Origin: Schmidtea nova
Taxonomy: Eukaryota
NCBI GenBank assembly: GCA_044892505.1
Contig: CM097882.1
Coordinates: 253,394,001-253,458,000, forward strand
Direction of reading: 5' to 3'
DNA: 64,000 bases
Below the pieces are notes generated by a model, which was given only the letters and a program-made list of their open reading frames with translations, was not told where the DNA came from and searched no databases. A program made the position numbers and the translations under genes. Shown here piece after piece: positions 52,601-64,000 of this stretch. Numbering within the stretch: position 1 is the first letter of the stretch; the number at the start of each line of letters is the position of its first letter.

Positions 52601-53210
52601 TATTGTTTATAAAAAAAAATTTGATCTATAGTCATTATGAGAATTATTGATAATAATAATAAAAAAAGATCAAANNNNNNNNNNNNNNNNNNNNNNNNNN
52701 NNNNNNNNNNNNNNNNNNNNNNNNNNNNNNNNNNNNNNNNNNNNNNNNNNNNNNNNNNNNNNNNNNNNNNNNNNNNNNNNNNNNNNNNNNNNNNNNNNNN
52801 NNNNNNNNNNNNNNNNNNNNNNNNNNNNNNNNNNNNNNNNNNNNNNNNNNNNNNNNNNNNNNNNNNNNNNNNNNNNNNNNNNNNNNNAAGAATCAAATGA
52901 AAAAAAATCCATGGGAAAGTATCAGGATCTTTAAAAGATCAAAAACACTTGGCGAAGAAAGGCTAATAATAACAAAACAATAAAAATATTTTGTATTTTT
53001 ATTTACTTTACATATTTACAATAATTTTGACCAAATTCAAACGACGTCATCGAAAATGATGTTAAAAATTTAAAAATATTAAGATTTGTCTTCAAGATGA
53101 TATAAAAATATATAAAAAATATACATAAAATATACATAAAATTTATAAAAAATTTATAAAAATTATTAAAAATATAAAAATAAAAAATATAAATATAAAA
53201 AATATATATA

Positions 53211-53409
53211 CAGTGGATTTCGGTTAATTGGGACACTGTATAATTAGGACAACTGTCTTATTGGGACATTTTCTTAAGTCCCGAAAAAAATATGCAGTAT
53301 ACATTCTTATAAATTTGCTATAAGATGCACATTTTGTATATTTGGGACACCTGTATATTTGGGACAAATTTTCCTGTCCCATTGTGTCCCAATTAACCGG
53401 AATCCACTG
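53211..53409. mobile_element. Tigger/pogo-type MITE
   Basis: TIRs CAGTGGATTTCGGTTAATTGGGACAC / GTGTCCCAATTAACCGGAATCCACTG; TA TSD. Confidence 0.9.
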
Positions 53410-53938
53410 TATATAAAAATGTATATAAAAATGTATATAAAAATGTATATAAAAATATATATAAAAATATATATAAAAATATATATAAAATTTAATATAA
53501 AAACTTATATCCTAGTAATAAGTTTGAAAAATTTTAATTTATAAAGATAAATCAATTTAATTTAATTTAAAATGTTTATACAAATTATTTATCTCAACAA
53601 TGGATCTTAATCGACTAAATAATCAATATTAAATCATATTTCAGGAAAGGAAAATACGCAGAAGGAAGTGATAAGTGAAAGAATTTCGTATTGGAGTGAT
53701 GGGGATCTTCTTAAGATCAAAATAAACTTATAACTTCCTTATTATATTGTAGTAATATCTGCAAACACCAAATAATAAAAGTTAAGGATTCAATATTAAA
53801 AAAAATATTCTTTCAATTATATATATAATTTTATAAATAATTTTCAATTTATATATTTTAAAATATTTTGTTCAAGGTTGATAATTTGTTTAAAAATTAT
53901 ATAATATTTTATAAAATAAAATAATAATAATAATAATA

Positions 53939-53993
<55 letters not shown>

Positions 53994-53994
<1 letters not shown>

Positions 53995-54824
53995 AGTCTT
54001 ATTAATATTTATAGACAAACCTATTAATATTTATAGACAAAAATATTAATAATTATAGACAAAAATATTAATAATTATATATAAGCCTAATTGATATAAA
54101 AGTTTCAATGTTAATATTTCTAAAATATTACTTAAAACTATGACTCAAAACTTAAATATATTAAATATAAGCTGTTTCATAGGCCGTTTCGAATAATAGA
54201 TAAAAGCAATACCACAAACAGTAGTCATTTAATTAATTAATTCTTTAAAAACTAGTTCCACCAAATGCCCTATTCGTATAGGATCGCATATTCGTATAAA
54301 ATCTACTAAAATCAAGGTCATTATTCATCTCATTAATAACTTCTTCAACATATACTTTCAAAGTATTTGCATTGGTTGCTCGTAGTCTCTTTTCGTAAAA
54401 CCTATTTTTCATAACGCTAAATATTTCTTCAATTGGATTGAGCTCTGGACTGTAAGGTGGAATTTAGTCAAATGACACACGAAAGAAAGAAGAAAGATTT
54501 AGATCTTCCGTGATGGTCTTGGCTGTTTTACCACGTAGAAGAATGTTACGCATGTTTCTCAGTGTTTCTACCGTTACTGTTGTTCTCCTTTTGGACTATC
54601 CTGGCTTGTTTCAGAGTTTTCAATGTTTGTGTGAAAAAATGTCATGTGATTGTTTTTTATTGAAAATAAAATTTAAAAAATCCAATTATTCATACGCAGA
54701 TATTAATATTTTTATCTATAGTTATTAATATTTTTATCTATAGTTATTAATATTTTTATCTATAGATATTAATATTTTTGTCTATAAATATTAATATTTT
54801 TGTCCATAATTATTAATAAGTCTA
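53994..54824 (-). mobile_element. Deleted IS630-Tc1-like element with tandem subterminal repeats
   Basis: Minus-strand fragment IPPYSPELNPIEEIFSVMK (~54400-54465); inverted arrays of tattaatatttatagacaaa-like units at both ends. Confidence 0.7.
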
Positions 54825-55774
54825 TTATAATTATACAAATAAAATATTTAAAAATTATTCTTTTGAAATATTATAAATTTAACCAAAATATTTTTTTATA
54901 ATTAATATTATAAATTAGCTATTAATAATATCTCTGACACCTACGCAGAATTGCTGATACATTTAACTGAAAACAAATATATAAATATGAGAATGAATAA
55001 CGCACTTTATCAAATTACTAATATACTTGAATATCTCTGTGTTAATTAATGCGAACATTTAATGTTTTCTTATTGATGTCATTACAATTTCCATAACTTG
55101 TTCTTTTCGAAATTTCATTGAATTTAAAGGAGGAAAATGAAATCCAATTTAACAAGGTATTGGCACCAAAGTAAAAATATGCTTAGTAAATGTCAATAAA
55201 AAATCTAAAAATAGTCTACTGATGATACATTAGTCGATTGGTAGCAATAATAGATTATCGATTGATATATTAAGAAAACCGATAAATATGATGCGAACAA
55301 GAGCATTATAAAAGAAAAGAAATGTTGTTATCGACAACATATACTCTAATTAGCATTATCTCTACAACAGCAATCTCCCACAATAAATATATCTCGGACT
55401 TGATTAACCAGTTAGCAATAGGAATTAATAGATAAGAATAACTCGTCNNNNNNNNNNNNNNNNNNNNNNNNNNNNNNNNNNNNNNNNNNNNNNNNNNNNN
55501 NNNNNNNNNNNNNNNNNNNNNNNNNNNNNNNNNNNNNNNNNNNNNNNNNNNNNNNNNNNNNNNNNNNNNNNNNNNNNNNNNNNNNNNNNNNNNNNNNNNT
55601 TCTAACTATATCTAATCTCACCGGAAATAAAATAAATCCATCAAATCAAAAACGACAAAATAATAATATTTCAAAATGATAGTGATAGGAGAAATATAAC
55701 GAATTGTGCCTAATTTGTATCATTATGAATACTCTTATCATAATTATCTTTTTGTTTCACCTTTGATCTTTTTT

Positions 55775-55948
55775 AATATTTATATCAATAATTCCCATAA
55801 TGGATGACTATAGATCAAAATTTCTTTAAATAAGTACACAATATTTCGGCATAGCCTTTATCAATTGTGTATTACACATTTGATAAAGTCTGTGCCGAAA
55901 TATTGTGTTATTGTTTATAAAAAAAATTTGATCTATAGTCATTATGAG
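55775..55948. mobile_element. Foldback of two inverted Penelope 3' ends, hammerhead on each strand (slightly decayed)
   Basis: acacaatatttcggcatagcctttatcaattgtgt-att-acacatttgataaagtctgtgccgaaatattgtgt. Confidence 0.85.
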
Positions 55949-57070
55949 NNNNNNNNNNNNNNNNNNNNNNNNNNNNNNNNNNNNNNNNNNNNNNNNNNNN
56001 NNNNNNNNNNNNNNNNNNNNNNNNNNNNNNNNNNNNNNNNNNNNNNNNNNNNNNNNNNNNNNNNNNNNNNNNNNNNNNNNNNNNNNNNNNNNNNNNNNNN
56101 NNNNNNNNNNNNNNNNNNNNNNNNNNNNNNNNNNNNNNNNNNNNNNNNNNNNNNNNNNNNNNNNNNNNNNNNNNNNNNNNNNNNGTGTTATTTCATATAG
56201 ACAAAAGTAAATTCGATTCCGAATGCTTGGAGTTTTTTCAGTGTTTATTATCAATATTCCATATAGGAACCGAACCCTATCCTATCTTCCTCTAGCGATC
56301 AGTAAAGGAGTAACTGTTCAGTTCATTATTAACCTACTAAGATGCATGCTCCACCAATGATTTGTAAACTAGTAAAAGAAGATCGTACGTTTATAGCATA
56401 TCTATAATCAATCTTTGTTAGAAATTCTTCATTGTTACCACAAATGGTGGATCAAAATTACTTAGGCAGCAGTTCAACGTAAAATTTGTGAACAAAAAGA
56501 GACAATATACAACATGTTTATAGTATGATTTAAATAAAATTGTCAATAATCACAAAGACAAACTACTGCGATTCTAAAAACCCCATTCAATCTCGAAGAA
56601 GTCTCACGTAATAACAACGATTCTTTATCCGACAATCAAAGAGTTTCGGAATCATCCAAAGAAATTGCCCACTTTCAATATTAATATTCATATTATGTTT
56701 AATTTTAATATAAATTTGGTCTAAATTAACTAACTCAACACCTTCAGATGTTTTTGACGCTCCCTATTTCTTCACATTCTAAAATATTTTTCCTTAGCAC
56801 CATGTGCTACTTGATTATAAAGATTTCGTAATAAATTCAGTAATTCCTTACTGGATATTGCCTGGACATAATAAAAATAGCATCTATCTATATTAAGCAA
56901 TAGTAAATGACTTATATTTTCGAATTTTTAATAGTCCCCCCTACAATCTTCTCTAGTAAATGATAAACTTTATAACTTTATCTTAAATGTTCTTTCGGCC
57001 ATTTGAAAAGGTTGGCTGATATTAGGAAAAACAGAGTATTTATTATGGGAAATAACCATTAAAGACATAC

Positions 57071-57484
57071 TTTCAGCCACTTTTCTACACAAAGAGAATG
57101 AAAATCGTGTGAACATCTTAGCATACGGATGATCTCGTCAGGCATGAAATCTTCTAGACAAATCATACATCGATCTTTATCATCATCAGTAATTTTATAA
57201 TTCAATTCATTGTCAGTTTTAATGAATTTTCTTGTCGGAATTGTGTCAAGTTCTTGTCGGGTTATTCCAGGTTTTGGTTGATCAATCAACGGCAAATGGT
57301 CAAGAGTAGGCAGATAACGGGATACTGTGATCGGAGAAATGGAATCCGTTCGTGGCAATGGATAAATGTGATGTCTGATTTGTGAATGATCATTGCTTGA
57401 ACCAACTACCGACGAGGGAGCAAGCATTACTAGCTGTACACCCAAATTTGCAGATCCCGATAACATTCGTTGAGCCAACTGATC
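57071..57484 (-). CDS. RING-H2 E3 ubiquitin ligase (RNF38/RNF44-like), penultimate coding exon
   Basis: GITRQELDTIPTRKF...CMICLEDF...LRCSHDFHSLCVEKWLK; donor AAA|GTATGT at 57070; acceptor at 57485 (or slightly upstream). Confidence 0.9.
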
Positions 57485-57602
57485 CTTAAACAATAGACTA
57501 AGTAAAAAGAATGAAACTTTAAAATGCATACGAATTTTGATAGTGAAATATCAATTCATAAAAATAAATTAAATATGGACTGAATTCAGAAATTGAATGG
57601 GA

Positions 57603-57669
<67 letters not shown>

Positions 57670-58011
57670 TAAATTGTAAAACAAAATGTCATTTTTTATA
57701 TTAATTTAGGATTAATTTAGGCGTACTCAGTTGATGGAGTTAAATGCTATATAAATATTAGGAATATTGGTCCATAATCCATAAATTCAGAAACGGCTAA
57801 TAAAAAATTTTGTTTGGAAAAAAATTAATTAAATTAGCAAACTCAATAATAATAAAAATGTTAATTGTTTTTATTTTTATTCCTATATAAAAGATATAAA
57901 ACTTTTTCTACAATGCCAAAAATTTGATTTTTAAAAAAATTAATTTTTTGATATTTTGTCTAAAAAATGAAAACATCAAAGTTTGAGATTAAAAATTGTA
58001 ATAATATGTAT

Positions 58012-58192
58012 CAGTGATGCCCAGTATTTATTTCAACAGATCTAGTTTTGAATTGTAAAAGTAATTGCGATCTACCGAAATCAAATATCTTTGTGATATT
58101 ATAAAAATACAAACAAAATCATTTTGAGTTTATCTTATAACTACAAAAATAATTTTTGAATTACTATGCGATCGACCTAATGGGCGCCTTTG
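58012..58192. mobile_element. Small hAT-type MITE
   Basis: cagtgatgccca...gcgatctacc...gcgatcgacc..tgggcgcctttg; flanks atatgtat / atataaat (6/8). Confidence 0.5.
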
Positions 58193-58221
58193 ATATAAAT
58201 ATAAAATAGTATATATATATA

Positions 58222-58256
<35 letters not shown>

Positions 58257-59140
58257 GATAAATATACGATAAATATATGCAAACGTCTAAGTTACAATGT
58301 CCAATACAAACTCAGTGTATATCGCAGTGATATATGTCAGAATATATTGTGCTATCCCCTAAAATCGGCATTACACAGGGGATTGCACACACGTTTAAAA
58401 ATTGTAATTCGTGAAACCCTTTGAAGTAATTCTGATCACTATATAAATCTAAGTTGTCATTCTGTGTATATTTGAACAATTTTTACAAACAATGTAAAAC
58501 TCTACCTAAAAACTCTACTGAAATCGGGTTAAAAATAAAAATAAATTTATTTTTATAAAAATATATTTTCTCAACTTAAATACCAGTAAATGGAACCCCA
58601 ACAAATCCAATAATGGATTAAATCAAACCTGTTTAAAAAATCATTTTCAAATCATTGAATCTAATAGGACGATTCTTAAATATATGAAAATACAATTTTA
58701 ACTTTAATTTCCGGTAAACAGAAAAAGAGACAGCCATATAAAATGGGATTTCTTTTTGTCTTCCGTCAAAACGTAATAACAATTTGGATTATTTGACAAT
58801 TTCACCATAATTTCAATAGGAAATTGAATTTATAAATTAAATTTACATTTTTAAGATCTCATTTTTCTTAATCCTAATTACCGATTAAAATTTTCTTAAT
58901 CTTCCATAATTAGCAGTAGATCAAGGGATAACTTTCCATGTTTATTAAAAATAGTTTTAATTGAAATATTATTTACGGAAAATTGATATTTTACAAAAGG
59001 GTAACAGAATCGTTTGAATTTTAATTTCTGGAAACTGACTGATTAAAATAAAATTTTAATGTGATATCAGTAGTGTGATGTGTCACATCTAGACCACTTA
59101 CCCCCCCCTCCCCCCTAACATTTACGATAGAATGATTATA

Positions 59141-59394
59141 GTGTGCGTAAATAAACTTTGATGGTAATTAGGTGTGCGTAAATCAACTTTGATGGTAATT
59201 AGGTGTGCGTAAATCAACTTTGATGGTAATTAGGTGTGCGTAAACCAACTTTGGTGGTAATAAAGTGTGTGTGTACATGTACTTTGGTGGTAATAAAGTG
59301 TGTGTGTGTGTACACGGACTTTGGTGGGAATTAGGTGTGTGTACATGGACTTTGGTGGGAATTAGGTGTGTACACATGAACTTTGGCGGTAATT
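59141..59394. repeat. Minisatellite, ~8 units of 31-35 bp, in the Maverick terminal region
   Basis: gtgtgcgtaaatcaactttgatggtaattag-type x4, then gtgtgtgtacatggactttggtgggaattag-type x4. Confidence 0.95.
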
Positions 59395-59714
59395 AAATGT
59401 GTGTAAAAGAACATTATATTGACTTTTAATTATGTATAGTACGTATAGAATAATTAGTGTGTTTAAACAAAAGTGGTTTTCTAAATATTTTGTATAAATA
59501 AAATTTGGTGGGGATTTCAAAATAACTTTTATTTTCAATTGATTGACGGAGATTTTGGAAGATAAAGTAGGTTTAAATCTTAAAATATATTTAGTTAAAA
59601 TTTTGGCACAATGCTTTAACTACTTATTAGTTTTATATTACCAATAGGTTAATAAAGTCTTTTGTTTAAATAATACTAAAAACTCGTTTTAAATCACTAA
59701 TAAATAAACACTCA

Positions 59715-59770
<56 letters not shown>

Positions 59771-59881
59771 ATAATCTTGAGTATCCAGATTACAAGAAAA
59801 AAAAATATTATAAATTTCATTTAAACATAATAAAAACTAAGACATTTTCTAATTATTTTTATTAATCATAACATAATTTCT

Positions 59882-62800
59882 TTATAAACTATTTTCTTCG
59901 TAAATTGTTTTCATTTTTCTTTCATCACCATAGTACCCATATGCATGACTTTTATTCTTTTCAATCCAAATTCTTTTATCATCGGCATTTGTTAAAGCAA
60001 CTTTCGACTGCTGGAAACTAAATAATTGATGATTTTGTGTACCAATTCGACATTGTGGTACTATAAACCTTTTGCTGTTATTATAACAATCCAGGTACGA
60101 CTGATGATTCAGTTTAGTATCCTTCAATGTTATACTCTTAGCTTTAATGCACTCTTTTTCCCCTAACAAACTGTAACATTTTGGTCTTAAAAAGACCCAT
60201 TCTTTATATCCATCGCCTTTACTTTCATCCTTGAACTTTCCGATAACTGAATCCAATTTTCTGGAAAAGAGTGGATGTTCCGAAGGATAATTAGACGTAT
60301 CCAAGAGATTATCATTAACCATTGCCAGTAATAATGTATCTAATTTAACATTTTTACATTCCAAGAAAAAACTATCGGTATCTCCAGCAACAATATTTAT
60401 TTCGCAACCGAATTGTGCTCGATATTTAGCTAACTCCAGATATTGTAACTGATACATCCTAAGTTTAGATAAATCCAGTACAGTTTGACCAATGTAACTG
60501 GGTCTATCCAAACAAATAGAGTCTTTATTTAGTAAGGCAGCTATTAAATCATCATCAATCTTGATACTTCTTTGAAAAGTTGGCTTGGAAGCATATGTTA
60601 TCATTTTCTGTTCAGTATTACATAATCTCAAATTCATTCTTTTCTTCAAATTTTCGACTGTTTTTCCGTACAGACTATTATTAAAAAGCTTATAATAATT
60701 CTTATCGAGACTATTATTCGACTCAGCTCTTAACTTAGTATTTGCATCAATATACTTCTTGAAAATAGCAGCCTGTTTAAATTTAACAGCTCTATGTATA
60801 TTGATTACTTTTACACCTAATGATAAAAACATTTGAAGTAACCGCCAATGAATTACATAGTTGAACTTTGGATAATGTGTCAACATTAACTTTTCTACTT
60901 TAGATCCTGGAGCACACATCTTTTCTGCTGCTACAGGTAGATCATCCAAGAAATCATGAATTTCTGAAGAGATCTCTAAATCAACTTCTACGGTATAGCC
61001 ATACGGAAGCGTTTCTAATTCTAAATTCTTGCATTCGTCTAAGATTTTATCTAGATCTGAATGAATCCAACTAAAGTCTCCACACGGCAAGCTTTGACTT
61101 AAAGCCCATCCATAAAGGTTATTGATATCTATGTACAATAGCTCTGTAGTTGCATCTGATTTAACATAATGTTTGTTCACAAATGTCAAACCACCACGGA
61201 TCCCCCCTTCGAAAAAATTATACATTTCCATTTCTCGTATCAGTTCAATTGGTTCATCTAAAGTCATAAGTGATGATGCCCAAGACATTCCAGGGATTCC
61301 ATAAAAGTTCAATGGTTCCAATCGATTATGAGCTATAGATTTGGCTCGAAACTGTTGAAAGAAATCAGCCAATAGAAACACGTCTAGTTTCAAATAAATT
61401 AACTGATAATCCATCAATGTTTCACAACGTGTTTCTTTCCATATATGTTGGGCTTTTTCATATTCTTCTTTTGAAACCCCATCCCAGATTGGGGGTAATT
61501 CTTTTGTTGTTTCCAGAACTTCTTGACTAGTGGCAAAGTTATATGGAAATATTCCTTTTGATTCTACTATAATCCCATTAAATTCTGATTTTGTAATGGG
61601 TAAGTGGTTCAATGTTTTGATGGCTTTAGCTAAGGAGTCATTGACAAACTGATAAGAATCAATAAATTTAATTGAAATTCCACCGATGTATGCAATAAGC
61701 GATAAAAACTTTTCAGTTGTAAGAGGAATACAGCTTAAATTCCAATCCGGAAAACGATTTAACCCATGCTTAAGAATATGGTGTAAATCATAACCCTTCA
61801 AATTGTGAAACACAACGGGCAATATTTCATTAATTTTCCTTGAAATATTACATTTATTACATGCGGAACCCATATATTTTCCTGTAAAATAATCGTGATC
61901 TCTGACCTTTTCTATTATCTGTTTCATGCACAAGTAACAAATTGTTGAATTTTCAAATGATTGGTTTTCATCTGGCGAAAGTGGTGACATTGGCTTTTCC
62001 CCTTCTTTGATGTAATATGGAAGAACAATTTCTGTTGCTATAATCTTTACTTTCTTCAAAAATTGATAAACACAATCATCACCTACAAATTGATAATAAC
62101 TTGATATTCCGGTAAAATTGTTGATTAATAAGAGTCCGCCTGAAATTGGTAAATGTTTTTGAAAATAAGTGTCATCTTTGGGTAAAATCGACTCAAAATC
62201 TGCATAAATAACAAATGGAGGTGTTATTATCTTTGACCAGTTTTTGAATTCCAAATTTTTATCTATTGGCATAGTATATAAAGTTGTACCCAATTGATTT
62301 TTCTTGCACAATGCTTGATGCTTTTCAAAAGCCTTTTTCTTTCTGAATCCATTCAAACAATTTTTACACCACTTGCAACAGATCTGAACTCTACAATTTA
62401 CGCTTTTATGGCAATTCATCAAACGATCGATGTTAATTACTGCAGTATAATGAAAGTGATCTTTATTTTCTAACAATAATAAGTAAATCTGCTTCCCATC
62501 TATGACTTTTGATCGATGAATTATATCCAAATACGGGTGTTTCATTACAACATTATCCATATCATATAACTGATTATCATTATAAGTTAACACATTGATT
62601 GCCAAACCAGGATTTTTTCGTTCAAAGGTTGGGATATCACACAGTTTCATAGGCATATCACCATAATCAAATACTAGTTCTGACAGATATGGTAAATATT
62701 TTGTGGGTCTATCTCTATGTTCTTTGATTTCATCATATTTCAATATTGATAAAATACTATAGATGAAACACAAATCATCTGAATTCTGAACATTGACAAT

Positions 62801-63514
62801 AGCTTTTTTACCAATTAATCCTTTAGGAGTAAATAATTTACTATGCCCCGATAATCTTGAGATATTGGAGACCTTTACCACTTTAAAATTTACTTCTAAA
62901 ATCCGAGTTAATATCCATCCACTTCCTAAATGAGTCAATAACTCAATTTTTTCATTTAACCTTTTAATGCCTTCGTCAAGAAAAGTTGGATTAATATAGA
63001 CAGCGCGATTGGATAAGCATACAATTTGATTTTCTCCTTTCTTTTCAAGTTCTGCTTGAATACCAAATTGAATTTTTGATTGTTTCATTTTAGATATGGC
63101 TATTTTTAATTTATCCAACAACGAATTTGGCAATTCTATTTCCATGACATTATATCTTGAAATATTCATTTTGATAAATTGGTGAGACCTTTTTAAATCA
63201 TATTCTATCTCAGGTTTATCATTAATTTGAGAAACATTTACACCTTCTCCAAACATAAGGTTATCTTCATGGTATTTTGAAAGATTTTCAGAGATTGTTT
63301 CTTTTCTTATTTTAGTAGGTCTTGAGTCTTGTGAAACCAATGCTTTCCTTTTAACATTATTTCTCATAATAGATTGTTTGGTATTTTTGAAAATATTTAA
63401 ATGATCACTATGACGATCATAAAACTTAGTATAGGATATAGATTCGAATGTTTGACATATTGGGCAAACATAATATTTCTGTCCACAAAGCGTCAATTTA
63501 TAATATTTTCTCAT
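59882..63514 (-). CDS. Protein-primed family B DNA polymerase (Maverick/Polinton type), 1210 aa, intact
   Basis: GSGW and VNVQNSDDLCF N-terminal motifs; ExoI YADFES, ExoII FHNLKGYD, ExoIII YLKLD; pol motifs YIDINNLYG, KLFNNSLYGK, GDTDS; Cys/His endonuclease-VII-like insert. Confidence 0.95.
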   Translation of the reverse strand: MRKYYKLTLCGQKYYVCPICQTFESISYTKFYDRHSDHLNIFKNTKQSIMRNNVKRKALVSQDSRPTKIRKETISENLSKYHEDNLMFGEGVNVSQINDKPEIEYDLKRSHQFIKMNISRYNVMEIELPNSLLDKLKIAISKMKQSKIQFGIQAELEKKGENQIVCLSNRAVYINPTFLDEGIKRLNEKIELLTHLGSGWILTRILEVNFKVVKVSNISRLSGHSKLFTPKGLIGKKAIVNVQNSDDLCFIYSILSILKYDEIKEHRDRPTKYLPYLSELVFDYGDMPMKLCDIPTFERKNPGLAINVLTYNDNQLYDMDNVVMKHPYLDIIHRSKVIDGKQIYLLLLENKDHFHYTAVINIDRLMNCHKSVNCRVQICCKWCKNCLNGFRKKKAFEKHQALCKKNQLGTTLYTMPIDKNLEFKNWSKIITPPFVIYADFESILPKDDTYFQKHLPISGGLLLINNFTGISSYYQFVGDDCVYQFLKKVKIIATEIVLPYYIKEGEKPMSPLSPDENQSFENSTICYLCMKQIIEKVRDHDYFTGKYMGSACNKCNISRKINEILPVVFHNLKGYDLHHILKHGLNRFPDWNLSCIPLTTEKFLSLIAYIGGISIKFIDSYQFVNDSLAKAIKTLNHLPITKSEFNGIIVESKGIFPYNFATSQEVLETTKELPPIWDGVSKEEYEKAQHIWKETRCETLMDYQLIYLKLDVFLLADFFQQFRAKSIAHNRLEPLNFYGIPGMSWASSLMTLDEPIELIREMEMYNFFEGGIRGGLTFVNKHYVKSDATTELLYIDINNLYGWALSQSLPCGDFSWIHSDLDKILDECKNLELETLPYGYTVEVDLEISSEIHDFLDDLPVAAEKMCAPGSKVEKLMLTHYPKFNYVIHWRLLQMFLSLGVKVINIHRAVKFKQAAIFKKYIDANTKLRAESNNSLDKNYYKLFNNSLYGKTVENLKKRMNLRLCNTEQKMITYASKPTFQRSIKIDDDLIAALLNKDSICLDRPSYIGQTVLDLSKLRMYQLQYLELAKYRAQFGCEINIVAGDTDSFFLECKNVKLDTLLLAMVNDNLLDTSNYPSEHPLFSRKLDSVIGKFKDESKGDGYKEWVFLRPKCYSLLGEKECIKAKSITLKDTKLNHQSYLDCYNNSKRFIVPQCRIGTQNHQLFSFQQSKVALTNADDKRIWIEKNKSHAYGYYGDERKMKTIYEENSL

Positions 63515-64000
63515 AGTATTGTGACAGTTAATACTGTGGTTCGATTCATTACAATATTTTGGATAAAGAGTACCTTAAAAAAATAATAATAATAATTAAA
63601 AATTTGCACAATAAATGTCAAGTATTTTAATATTAAAATTAATATCATTATACAATAATTAATATAAATTAATTAATAATTACAATAATAAAAATTTAAT
63701 TAAATAATTTAAATATTATGAAAAATAATATTAATTAATTTCAATTATTATATTCTTAATTAGAATTGTTTTAATAATTAGTTTCACTCAAAGATGTAAA
63801 ATTTAAATTATTTACAAGTAATATAAAAATATTAATTTAATATAATAATTTTCATATCGAATATTTTATTTACTATGATAGAAAATAAGTTATTTATTAA
63901 AAATTAATTTATAAAAACTTTAATTACTAGAAAATTATTAAAAATAAAGCAATAAGTAATATTATTCTATATTCAAATTAATTTTATATTCAAATTAATT

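Larger units (their letters stand above)
51173..52674. mobile_element. 5'-truncated Penelope-like element (+) with an inverted copy of its own 3' ~490 bp fused head-to-head
   Basis: 51173-~51660 is the reverse complement of ~52145-52630 with only a few differences; both arms encode GIY-YIG and carry a hammerhead. Confidence 0.92.
59069..64000 (-). mobile_element. Maverick/Polinton (adintovirus-like) element, one end; continues beyond the window
   Basis: Starts with AGTAGT, then C-runs and a subterminal minisatellite, ~810 bp from the stop of an intact pPolB. Confidence 0.8.

Noticed and set aside
55200-57050. Traces of further Penelope RT (TDDTLV near 55218 on +, IDAIFI near 56880 on -)
   Set aside because: Too decayed to delimit or support as features.
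59141-59394. CRISPR-like array
   Set aside because: The repeats are contiguous without unique spacers, there are no cas genes, and the context is eukaryotic.

Overview
Very AT-rich, gapped eukaryotic scaffold. Short AT-rich introns, a 7-repeat protocadherin and the TE mix suggest a planarian-type flatworm (inference). There are two host genes, both on the minus strand. The first is a protocadherin: signal peptide, 7 cadherin repeats and TM in one exon (18942-21584), with a probable PDZ-motif tail in exons at 2940-3420. The second is the 3' end of an RNF38/44-like RING-H2 E3 ligase (exons 57071-57484 and 50968-51027). The rest is mostly mobile DNA. It includes several Penelope-like retroelements (RT plus GIY-YIG), a nest of DDE transposons at 26.5-38.4 kb (Tigger, three hAT types, mariner), many MITEs, Maverick/Polinton remnants, and one end of a Maverick with an intact 1210-aa protein-primed PolB. 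The strongest lead is a set of minimal hammerhead ribozyme motifs. They show three core variants at the 3-8 pair: canonical C3-G8, compensatory U3-A8 and a putative G3-C8. The U3-A8 type is multiplied as ~200-bp head-to-head foldback units with one hammerhead on each strand, sitting in predicted host introns. No tRNA, rRNA or CRISPR array was recognised.
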